DNA of 64,000 bases from Balanoglossus misakiensis. Its lineage: Eukaryota; Animalia; Hemichordata. Positions 40,451 through 51,756 of the stretch are shown piece after piece. Positions within the stretch are counted from its first letter, which is position 1. Each line of letters starts with the position of its first letter. The stretch covers positions 6,011,186 to 6,075,185 of the forward strand of contig CM082589.2 of assembly GCA_040954595.2 (NCBI GenBank), in the 5' to 3' direction. The position numbers and the translations under genes are program-made. The notes under the pieces are model-generated. The model did no database searches, was not told the DNA's origin, and saw only the letters and a list, made by a program, of their open reading frames with translations.

Positions 40451-42572
40451 GTGACATTATGCTGCTTGCAATCAAGATATTACAAAACTCTCAAGATTTT
40501 TGTGTTCGATTACTTTGAGGTTTAACTGCTGTATTCCTGAAGATCAAGATAAAGTATCGATGTACTCAGAACCGATTGTCAATTTAGTTTTAAGATTATT
40601 ATTTTGTTACTAACAACTTTTGTAGCTAGCTATAAATTAGAGATTGTAAATTGGGCAGCTGGGCATGAAAATGAAAAAAAAAATCTTTTGTATCTTTGCA
40701 AATGATGGTGTGCTGACATCAAAATTGATGTTAAAATCACTAAATTGCTTCCCATCGCTATCATTGATTAGGGTACGCGTAGTTGCATTCCACAAAAATT
40801 AAGGCTTGTTTGTTGGGACAGTTGTCTCAACACAGGTAATTTACACATAGTTATGTAGGGTGTGTTCAATTCTACAACTGTTTAGCTGCCATTGTATGCG
40901 GTTTCCGTTGTATCCTTGTTATTAAAAAAATATTTATTTTACATTCTAACCCACTTGGATTTAGCTTTGTTATTTCTTGCTGTATGAAAATGATTTTGTT
41001 GTTGGACAGTTTGGTTTATACGATGATATAAATGGGCTAATGATTTTCTTATGAAAAACTCAGTAATTGTCATTGTGGATAAACTATGATCGGGCGTTCA
41101 TTTGTGAATACTTGGCTTACAGTTTTGCTGAACTGCCAATAGAGCCTGTGTGATTATTGAGGCACTTCTGGTTGACGCCAGTATGGCATTCAGCGACAAC
41201 TCTGTCTCACCTTTGTGCTTTATCATTGCCAGCAAAGCAGTGATTTTTTGTACCTCTTTGGCACAGTCCCTCATATAAAGAGGGATTCTGCTGTGAATAC
41301 TGGAATGGATCATGTATGTATGGGTTTTGGTTTTGCCTCCTCCCTGCCTGTTTCTTTCGAGAGGTGTCCTGTTTTGCCAGGGAAAACAATGGATCTGGAC
41401 CAAACCGTAGTGGGCAAAGGGTTAAAATGCCACGAAATGACTTGGTGGTATGTGCGCAGTCATTTCTAAGTGCCAACAACAGTCTCCAGGCATTGGGACC
41501 AGAGGATATTCTGGCAGAATAGAAGTAATATAACGGAAAAGTGTAACTTGATCACAGCTCTATGATTTAGCTCTTACATGTAATTCCATGTCACAGCCTG
41601 TGTCATACATCATTTGTTCTATAATATAAAATTTGTATTTGAACGGTGTAAGATATTTTTGCAAAGAAGGATTGCCATATGTAGTTATTTATGATAGTAG
41701 AAATATATATGAAAATTTGATATTAAAAAATTCAAAAAATATTTTCGTGTTTGTTGGTGTGTGTTTGTTAGCTCTTATGTATGTATACGGTATATACCAG
41801 TTGGAGATAGTACACTATGAAATAAATATGTGTGTCAATTTATTTTGAGGGGTGATCGAAGGTTGACAGTCTTTAATTAAATGAAACTGTCCCACCCCCA
41901 AACAACAAACAAGCAGTTAGCTGAATTTGTGCATGGTCCTTATTAGCCACTGGCCATATTATGTCAAAAAGACATGTTTTTCCTTTGTGTATAATCGAAA
42001 CAATTATGCTTCCGAATATTTAAATGTTCGATGATTCCAGATTTCTTCATTTCCTGAAGGAAAATACAGCCACTCTTAGAAAGCGAAACATCAGAAGCGA
42101 AAAGTTTGTACATGCACAAGACATTAGAAATAGAATTGGTCACCTGACCTCTACGTGAAATAGAAGTGGTCACCTGACCTTTACGTCCCTACGTCATTTT
42201 GTACAGACATTTTATATCCTTGCGCGATATTAAACATAATTTGCATGTAGGTCAAGAAACAAAAAACAAACACTGCAAATTTAATTTATATCATCAATTT
42301 AAATCTTATTTTGATTACAAGATAATGTGATAAGGTAGAGTGTGAAAAGCTGTTTTCGGGAATGGGGAATTGCCCAAAGTAGTTCGCAGCTCATGTATAC
42401 ATTTATTTTGATTGTGGAAGGCGTGCGTCGTCTAACATTGATATCAACAGTAAAGTGTACAGCATACAGGAGTGCGAGTGTGCAGTGATCGAGCATATAC
42501 ACGTCGTTGTTGGTGCATTGAAACATAACGAAGATACCCAGAGCTGACTTTTGAGATAATAACCCGTTCAAA

Positions 42573-45500
42573 ATGGGTGTTTTACACCAAAGGAGACAGA
42601 ACGATCCGACATGCTGTCTATGCTGCCATGTCCGCACTGGAACCATATTTATCGGGATGCTCTATTTGGTAGGCATTTTCATGTGTTTGCCTTTCATATT
42701 GTGTTAACTATATCAGACAAAATGCTTCTACATCATCTATTTCTGTTCCCAAACTTTCTCTTAGTTGCCGTTTGTGCTTTGTTTGTCCGCGGGATGCCGT
42801 CGAACAACCGTGCTCTTCATTCGTGAAACTCGACAAAAAATCCAATATGGCGGACAATGTCTGTTTCAGCATTTCAACTCTGGTTGTTCAGCTGAGCTTG
42901 AATGCGAAGGCGTGTACAACACGTATCGCAAAGTGCCGGACAAATGAAAATTGCACTTAAGCAGTTCGGTAGTCGCATAGTTGCATCGCTAATTGCATCA
43001 ATTATGGACAGATTTAATGCAGAGTTCAGAAAATGTATGTATTCTCGCAAAGGCACAAAGGAAATCATGGGGGGAGGGGCACATATGACTATCAATGAAA
43101 TCAGAAAGTACTTCCACTAAATAAGTCTGTAGATAAGCCATTGTATGACACTGAAACCGGACCCAGATATGTCAAGTTGAAGTTGACTGCAAAAATACCG
43201 ATTTTACACAGTATGTCACATTGTCACTGATTACATGTACATGTAGTTTACTTCCTAATGTCGCAATCTTATACAAGAACAAGGTTAGACTGAGTTTCAT
43301 AATCCACTTCATGTAGGCATGTGTGTGCTTGAAATCTCACTTGACAAAAAGAAATAAAAAGGACCCCACAAGATGAATAGAAAAGGATAGAGTAATCTTG
43401 ATAGATATGTATATGTATAAGCATTCAAATTCACATTTCCATGAGTACAGAAAAATGTAACCAAAAATGTAATGTTTTTGTCACAAATCATTGTTTACTA
43501 CATTACAGCTGTTGCCTTCATGCCAGCTGTTGCTAGAATTGACTGTCGTCATACTTGTTCATACATGGTGTGTGTGCCACAGGGGAAGACAGCACTGTAA
43601 AATAAGCTTCTTGTTGTTGTGAAAGCTGTCTATGTACAGCATACATGTATTCGAAATGAGCACTTCACTCCTACTGTACCAACTAAAAACAACACCAAAT
43701 CGATGGAGATAAAATATTAGATTATATTGTCATTATTTTTGCTGCAAGCCAGTTGTTTTTGCCGACTTCCTGCTATGTTCTACATCCCTGACAAGTGTTG
43801 AAAACTCTGATTTCCGCTGCTAATATTAATAAATCCACCTTCTTAACTCTAGGTCGCGCAAGTGACGGCTATGATGTACCTTGGATATTTCTTTGTCTAT
43901 GGGTCACCCGAGTACTCCATTTACCCGAAACCTGAGATGGAAATTCTGGATGATGAAGAACAGCGCAGAACTTGTAAGTGGAATGGATGTTACGTTAGCT
44001 GTGGATAGTTCAAATCATTTTTTGTTGGTGGGTGTCCTTCGGTGTGTGTTCCAATTACCACAATGTTTGACAATGTAAATTGTTAAATGATCTGAAATTT
44101 GTTTTCTTTTCTTTTTGATTTCAACAGCTGACTTGTCAGTAGCACTGGTGATTACATTCTGTATGTTCCTAGTCACTTGTATGCTTCTCTCTGGCGCAAT
44201 CACGGTAAGTTGGATGCTAATCCTTGAAGTGTCTTTTATCGTCTGAATTGCTCGAAGCGTGTAACTCCAGGTATTGTGATTCGAAAGTCGTGGCAAGGTC
44301 GCAGAGTTCAACGACCCGCAAAACAAGTGAAGGGAAAGCAGTGGTTTGGCTGAATGTTGATAAATGGTTTTGGAAACCCTATTGGCACATCTTCTGCCTG
44401 CCCACTGGTGTGACTGCATTTAGGGGATGATTGTTGCTGATCTATTTTTGTGTTTCTTTTTCCCACAGCACCGAGCTGGATACCTGTTACCGTTCTTCTG
44501 TCTTCAACTTTTCGATTTTGTCCTCTCCTGTCTGACGGCCATTGGCTGGTTTACTTACTACCCTGACGATGAACAAACAGTAAGTTTCTCTCTGAACAGT
44601 CAATTGGCAAGAGAACTGATTTTAATGGACAAACAAAACTGTCTGCATAAAGCAAAGATAGAAATATGTGATGAATAAAGATCCCTTCTTTCTTGAAATT
44701 TTCAGATGTAGAGCGCAAACAATTTTCTCTTCACACATTTGAACAACTTGTGTATTCTTTCTGCAGCAGAATTTCCCGTACAACCAAGACTGGTTGAAGT
44801 ATATCTTGCAGCAATGGGGTATTGAAGACTCTCAGATCAGCAACCAATGGCTTGTTCTGCTCTGTATCTTGTCTTTCCTGACTATCATGACCGTCAAGGT
44901 AAGAACACTCGCATACATTCAAAAAACATATAAAATTATTGCAAAAACTGGTTACTGTAATCATGCTACAAGTTTTTAAAAAGAAGTTTGGCTCTTCGGA
45001 TTTTTTCTGTTCGTACACCAGAGAGTAGTCAGTGCTGGAAAACATCCAGTCCATAAAAGGAAAGTTAGAATTGTAGAGGTCACTGGGAAGTGTGTGATGA
45101 CTTACATTTTTCATTTCTTGTCATCCTTTGCAGGCCTATTTCATTGCATGTGTCTGGGCCTGCTACAAGTACATCCTGAGCCGTGAGAACGAACAACAGA
45201 TCACCCGCACAGACGATACTGAGGTGAGTCTCAATGCCCGTCATAGACAGTTTTCTGCTCATTGCAAGATCTCGCGAGACTTGGTTAAGTTACCGATGCA
45301 AAGGGTGTTGGTAGCCAAGCAATGCACTCAACAAGCTTGGTATAAAACTAGAATAGATGCAGAATGATGGGCCATGTGTTGCGTGTCCTGTTTCGTCGCG
45401 AGTCACAGGACACAATTATTTGGCCTTGACACTGAACCCTGGGGCGAAATTGTGTGGATTGACTTGCGCGTGTGCTCACAAGATACATATCTCTTCCCCC

Positions 45501-45595
45501 CCCCCCCCTCACAGGCACTGCTTGGACCCCCAGCCTACAGCACTGTGATCAAGACTCCACCAGATGTCCCAACACCACCTCCATACCAGCCATGA
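42573..45595 (+). CDS. LAPTM4: Lysosomal-associated transmembrane protein 4 (LAPTM4A/B-like), 235 aa
   Basis: Exons 42573-42668, 43853-43973, 44128-44204, 44469-44579, 44767-44898, 45134-45223, 45515-45595 join in frame (708 nt). [38 protein letters not shown], four hydrophobic segments and C-terminal PPAY/PPPY motifs. Confidence 0.93.
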
Positions 45596-46857
45596 TGTGT
45601 GACACAAAACGTGGAGAGACCGATGGCATCCTCAACATTACAAAACACAAGACATGATTATTTACACATGATTCACAGGACATAGTATAAAATGGCTATC
45701 CACATGCGGTGCGGGATAACATAGCGGTTTGAACATTAAGTTATTTATAATAACCAAACTTGATGGGTAATAAACAACACAATATTTTCTTTAATGGTAT
45801 TTGTATGCTATAATAATTTAGATTCAAAGTGTCGTCCGTTGGTGTTTTTTTGCTGCTTTGGAGTGATTCAGGCACCGATGTAATACAAGAATGCTTAACA
45901 TGTATAAAAGGGCTAGTAGCAAAACATTGCAAGATGGCTAGTTCGGTTAATTCTTCATATTGTCTGTTGAAGTTTGTCAATTCATGAGTTTATATGGAGT
46001 GGTGTGTGTTTTCATTTGCATTTCCAAACAATCATATGCCGAGTTCAGTTGGGCATCTGCATCACCAAAGTTTCTGCTTGTTACGTGGAACATTATCAAA
46101 CTTTTTTCAATACGTAGAACATTTCTTTCTCTCACAAAAAAAACTTGCAGGTATTTGACGGGGGTTAAAAAATACAGTTATTTTATAAGGTGAATTTTTA
46201 CCAGTGATTTGTGGAAGTCTTCTGGTTTACTTTCTAGCATCATTGTGAAATCAGAACTTTAAAAGATCATCATGTCATCACTATTTCATCAGATATGAGG
46301 TTTTACCGATACTTGTATTTGTCTTTTCAGATTTCTAGCATTTAAAGGATTCTCAAACTAGTCAGTTTTTGTCAAATCAAGTTTATCCATTTGACGGTCT
46401 GGGTGGGGGGATATTGATTGAAGTATGCAAAACTGTTAAAGTAAATTTTTTGCCCTGTGAAGTTGAAACGTCTATCAATTGGTACACATTACATTAGTCC
46501 TTCAAAAATCAAGCCATGATGTATTTATAATCTAAACCATTTGTGAGGGATCAAGTTGAACTTTCATCGTACATTTTGACAAATCTTTCTTGCATGACTG
46601 TCTTTAGTGAAACAGGTGGCTTGTGTAGATAATTATTTCTACTGATCCAGATGTTGTGTATGGTAACCTAGGAAACAAAAACCAAGGGTGACATCAGTAA
46701 TAGCTTATACACCTATTGTGCTTTGTAAAATTTGCAGAGATTTGTTGTTCAAAAAAATGTTTCGGGGTTCAGATGGTCTTGTAAGTTACTCCACCTGTGA
46801 ATTCTGTACCAGTGTCTAGAGCAAGTCAATGTATTTTCTTTCTTTCTCTTTCTTTCC

Positions 46858-46863
46858 AATAAA
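46858..46863 (+). terminator. Likely LAPTM4 polyadenylation signal
   Basis: AATAAA about 1.26 kb after the stop, close to the 3' end of the convergent OARD1. Confidence 0.4.
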
Positions 46864-47312
46864 ATTCTTCAATTTTAGCTGTACCCGGCATTTCTTGTTT
46901 ATATTAGCACCACATAAAGTACCCCAACACCTATTCTGTCCTGGATTGGAATCGCGACACAAGTCCCAGAATGCCATCCAAATTTTTACATCCAAGTAAA
47001 ACTGCTCTATGTTAGTCTATAACTAATTTAAATTTGATTTGGACCCCCCAAAAAAGAACTGTCATGGAAGTCCAAACTGAGAAATTATTCTACATACAAG
47101 TAAGACGATAAGTTATTGAAAATTATATGAATATATCTCTGGTTTAAATCTAGTGTAAATATGTAACAGCGTAGGAATGACAGTAAATGCAGTACACTAC
47201 TCAGCTATGCATGGGTCACCATGACTCAGCTATGCCAACTTGCCAAGTTGAAGGCACACACAATCTAGCGAGAGGGTCCAACATAACATCCCCCCTCGGG
47301 GTGCGTGACGTT

Positions 47313-48756
47313 TCAGAGTGTGAACACAGATATACTGATATCACAATGTTTGAATGTATCGCGTACCATCAGAGATACTTTCTTCCACTGCAGCCCGTCC
47401 AGTCCACAGCCGATTCTAGGCATGGCGATGGCACTGACGTCGTGTTTAGTGCAGTGACTTCTCAGCGCGTCAAGGCTGGACTGCAAATCTTGGTACGTCG
47501 GTTGATTCGAGTACTTTTCCTTGGTGACCTGCAGAAATGAAGTAACGACGACATGAAATTCTGTCGGCCTTTATATGCTGCTCATGGTCCAATCAAGCCC
47601 AGAGCTTCAGTAATAAAGTAAAACACCAAAGATATGCTAGTGATTCTATTGGTCATAGCCTACAGGTCATTGTCCAATCGGATGCTGTGTTTCAATAGTG
47701 GAAGAATTGCTATGAGATAAACAAGAGTGTTGATTGGATAGCTATGTGGGTACCGAATTACACAGACTTTTGATCTTTCAATAAGGAAAGCAATGTCACT
47801 GTGTATGTATTACATCCATATGTCAGCCATAATGGAAGAAATCTACCACAGACATAAATCTACCTACCAAATAATAAATGAAGCGTTTGTCTCTCTGCAA
47901 TACTGCGACACCCCCAGGCCTCACACCTGAAAACATATGGGACACTTCACTTCAGTATATAGTCATGATGCAGGGAAGATATAAACAGTCTACAGGAAGG
48001 GAAAGGGGAGGCAGAGCCATAGATACAGATAGATATCGATAGATGAATGAATGAATGAATGCATGTAATACAATTCTGCCTACCTTGAGCAAGTAATTCT
48101 CGAACACCGCCAAATTTCTCCTTGAAGATCTTAGCAATACCTTTGCCCATCCTACAGTCTGCACTTATGCAGTGGACCAAACAGGTTGTGTCTGGACTGC
48201 CAAATAAATCACCCTTTATTTCCTTGAAAACCATACCCTGTACAGTTTTTAAAGGTAAAGGGGGTTCATGAGCCATTTCACATGCATAGCTGCAGCATTA
48301 TTCTCTGTTCATATAATAGAAATGCCATTTCTTGTTCATGGAAAACCTCAAGCTATGGTACTTCGACTACAGAGTACATGTATGGAAACCACGGAGGTAG
48401 CTGGAATATACATTGTACTTGTGAAATGTACTATACGGTGTCCATGGATGCAAGTAAACATGACCTCTGACCTTTGCACTCGCCTGAGAGCTTTGCGCTC
48501 TCTGTCCATCGCCGCTTGAGAAACCCTTTCCCCCTTCGGAAGCAACCCCACTACATTCTCCTCCAGTAACTTCCTTTGCTTCCTGAGAGGTGTTCATCTT
48601 GTTCTGCGTCTTTGTATCACGGTTTTCCGCAGAGGACTTGGAACTTTGATCTCCAAAAAGTTCACTGGGGCCCCCTTCTTCTTCTGAAGTCGCCGCTGCT
48701 TTAAACCTCTTCGCGCCCTTGCGTTTCGTCACAGTGACGAACCGGAGCATAGACAT
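47313..48756 (-). CDS. OARD1: ADP-ribose glycohydrolase OARD1/TARG1 macrodomain with a 95-aa N-terminal extension, 237 aa
   Basis: Exons 48756-48472, 48237-48084, 47926-47868, 47528-47313 join in frame (714 nt). KGDLF, HCISADCRMGKGIA, RFIYYLVTK and MPRIGCGLDGLQW match TARG1, including the catalytic Lys (VTK) and Asp (GLD). Confidence 0.92.
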
Positions 48757-49273
48757 TGTTGCCTCAGTGGGTGTGAGTTCTTTACAAACCTGGCTTGCAA
48801 ATTTTCTCGCCACTTCAAAGCAACGATTGCTTTCGCTTTCGACTGCAGCAGTCGTCTAATTTCCTATCCGCCATCTTGCTCATTTACCGCATGATGGCGC
48901 TACACCTTGCTTTAGCGCCACGTGTGGTGAAAACTCGCTTAGCTGTAGTGCTGTGCATGATGGGGGCCTGTTCTCGTCAAAATTATTTTTTTTATTAATT
49001 TAATGTGTTAGAATTAATTCAACTAGTATCTCGAATAATATGTTTCTTTGAATAAATGTTTATTTGATTTGATTACTTTTGAGTAGTCATGCCGAATTAA
49101 TTTTGTGTTCTAATTCATTATTTTAGCCCAGCCTATCTTTACTGGAGTTAATTTTATGTAGTTAAGAATTTATTTTGTCTTCTTTTTCAATTAATTTTGT
49201 TTTCAAACTATTTTCACGTGCTGCAAGTAAATTTTATGAAAAAAATAATAATTTTTCGCGAATTAATTTTGGC

Positions 49274-51713
49274 CGATCCCACAGTCCTTTGCGCACGCTT
49301 TCCGAAACAAACATGGCGGCGGTGGTTGTTGATTTCGTCCTCGCTAAAAGTTCAAAAAGGGGTCGTTGTACAAGTTGTGGGACGTTTTGGGACTGTTCTT
49401 CGTCCCGTATGTATGAGGTGTGGTCGGTAACGGCGTTAAGTACGCGAGTTTGGCCCACTGACGGAAATTTGTAGAAATTAGCCAGCTTTGTAGTTGTACG
49501 GTAGTGAGCAGGGCTATGGTGTGGAGGCATCACCGTATGGCTGTTCTCAGTGGCCAAACATTTGTTGCCTAACTCAATACATAGAGTGATATTAAAATAC
49601 TAACGGTCAATATGATTTTGCCTAACCCTTAACCAATGGGCATGGCCTGGGTGGCTGTTCACGGTGTGTACAGCTGTTACCTCAGTACATAGAGTGATAT
49701 TAATATTAACGGTCGATATGCTTTTGCCTAACTGTTTGCCAGTGGGCATTGGTGACTGTTCACGGTGTCTAGACATTGTTGCCTAACTTAGTACATAGAG
49801 TGATATTATTTTTAAAGAGAAAGGTAGAACCTTGAGTTGTTTTGACTTTGTAGCTTGTTAAACGTAAGAACCTCGATTTTTTTTATAAGAACCTCAGCTA
49901 GGCGTGAAAATAGGTAAGAACCACGGCCACGTAAATAAATTCGTATCTGAGAACCTTAATGATGTCGGAGAAATAATTACGATAACTGTTAATTATTAGT
50001 GGGAAATTATCATCGCATCGACAAAATATATGACTTTTAAAGCTAGAACCTCCAGTATTTTTTATTTTTTAGGCTTTACTACGTAAGAACCACGATTTTT
50101 GGTAAGAACCACGGCCATGTGTATAAAATCCTATTTAAGAACATTGATGATATTGGCCATGTATAAAATCCTATCTAAGAACCTTGATGATGTCGGAAAA
50201 ATAATTACGATAACTGTTAATTAATAATGAGAAATTATTATCGGATCGACTAAAATTTTTATCAAGTTAAACCAACTCAAGGTTCTCATTAAAAATCATA
50301 TCACCTGTTAAAATTAATATCACTCTATGTACTAAGTTAGGCAACAACTGTCTACACACTGTGAACAGCCATCCATACCCAATGGTAAACAGTTAGGCTA
50401 AATCATATTGACCATTAATATTAATATCACTGTATGTACCGAGTTAGGTAAGATATATGTAGCCACCGTAAACAGCCACCCATGCCCATTGGTTAACAGT
50501 TAGGCAAAATCATATTGACCATTAATATTAATATCACTGTATGTACCGAGTTAGGTAAGATATATGTAGCCACCGTGAACAGCCACCCATGCCCATTGGT
50601 TAACAGTTAGGCAAAATCATATTGACCATTAATATTAATATCACTGTATGTACCGAGTTAGGTAAGATATATGTAGCCACCGTAAACAGCCACCCATGCC
50701 CATTGGTTAACAGTTAGGCAAAATCATATTGACCATTAATATTAATATCACTGTATGTACCGAGTTAGGTAAGATATATGTAGCCACCGTGAACAGCCAC
50801 CCATGCCCATTGGTTAACAGTTAGGCAAAATCATATTGACCATTAATATTAATATCACTGTATGTACCGAGTTAGGTAAGATATATGTAGCCACCGTAAA
50901 CAGCCACCCATGCCCATTGGTTAACGGTTAGGCAAAATCATATTGACCGTTAGTATTTTAATATCTCTCTATGTATTTGAGTTAGGTAACAACTGTACAC
51001 ACTGTGAACTGTCATGCCCATTGGTTAACAGATAGGCAAAATTATATCGCCTGTTAATATTTTAATATCACTCTATACTGACTTAGGTAACAAATGTCTA
51101 TCCTCCAAGAACAACCATTTTTATTTATTACTTAAAGTTAAGTGTTGTATTGACCCCGCAGTTGATGAATCATTTAAAAACTAGGGCTAATATCACCATG
51201 GATGGAAAAAAAATCATGCTGTGGCATCGGTCAGCACAACTTCTTTGAAGAGGACCGAGGTTTTGTATACACTGCAGTGGTGTGGATGAATCACCATAAG
51301 ACACACAGCCCTCCACGCAGAGCTATCTCACTGACACTACTATCGCTTTACCCACGGTCACAGTCCCTTACCGTACTGACGTTTTGTGTCGTACAAGTAC
51401 ACTGTCGTCCCTTGCTCTGCGTGTCAGCGCCGTGTGTCTTACCTTACGGCGATGCCTCCACACCGTAGCATAGCCCTGCTCACTACCGTACAACTACAAA
51501 GCTGGCTAATTTCTACAAATTTCCGTCTGTGGGCCAAACTCGCGCACCTATCGCCGTTACCGACCACGCCTCATACATACGGGACGAAGAACCGTCCCAA
51601 AACGTCCCACAACTTGTACAACGGCCCCTTTTTGAACTTTTAGCGAGGACGAAATCAACAACCACCTCCGCCATGTTTGTTTCGGAAAGCGTGCGCAAAG
51701 GACTGTGGGATCG
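49274..51713. mobile_element. Non-autonomous foldback-type element with about 265-bp terminal inverted repeats
   Basis: 49274-~49540 (CGATCCCACAGTCCTTTGCGCACGCTTTCCGAAACAAACATGGCGG...) is the reverse complement of ~51446-51713 with scattered mismatches; no transposase ORF inside. Confidence 0.85.
50297..51090. repeat. 107-bp tandem satellite array (5 near-perfect units plus degenerate flanks)
   Basis: CATATTGACC recurs at 50404, 50511, 50618, 50725, 50832 and 50939; reverse-complement degenerate copies lie at about 49555-49810. Confidence 0.95.
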
Positions 51714-51740
51714 TGCAGGGGGGAGGGGCGACTCACGAAC

Positions 51741-51756
51741 GCTGCCCTCTAGTGGC
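51741..51756 (-). promoter_or_regulatory. Strong CTCF consensus site
   Basis: The minus strand reads GCCACTAGAGGGCAGC. Confidence 0.55.

Noticed and set aside
49280-49290. RAG/Transib RSS-like terminus (CACAGT)
   Set aside because: The inverted repeat extends outward beyond CACAG, and no nonamer or 5-bp TSD is evident.
50404-50938. CRISPR-like array
   Set aside because: Units are identical throughout with no unique spacers, the context is eukaryotic and there are no cas genes.
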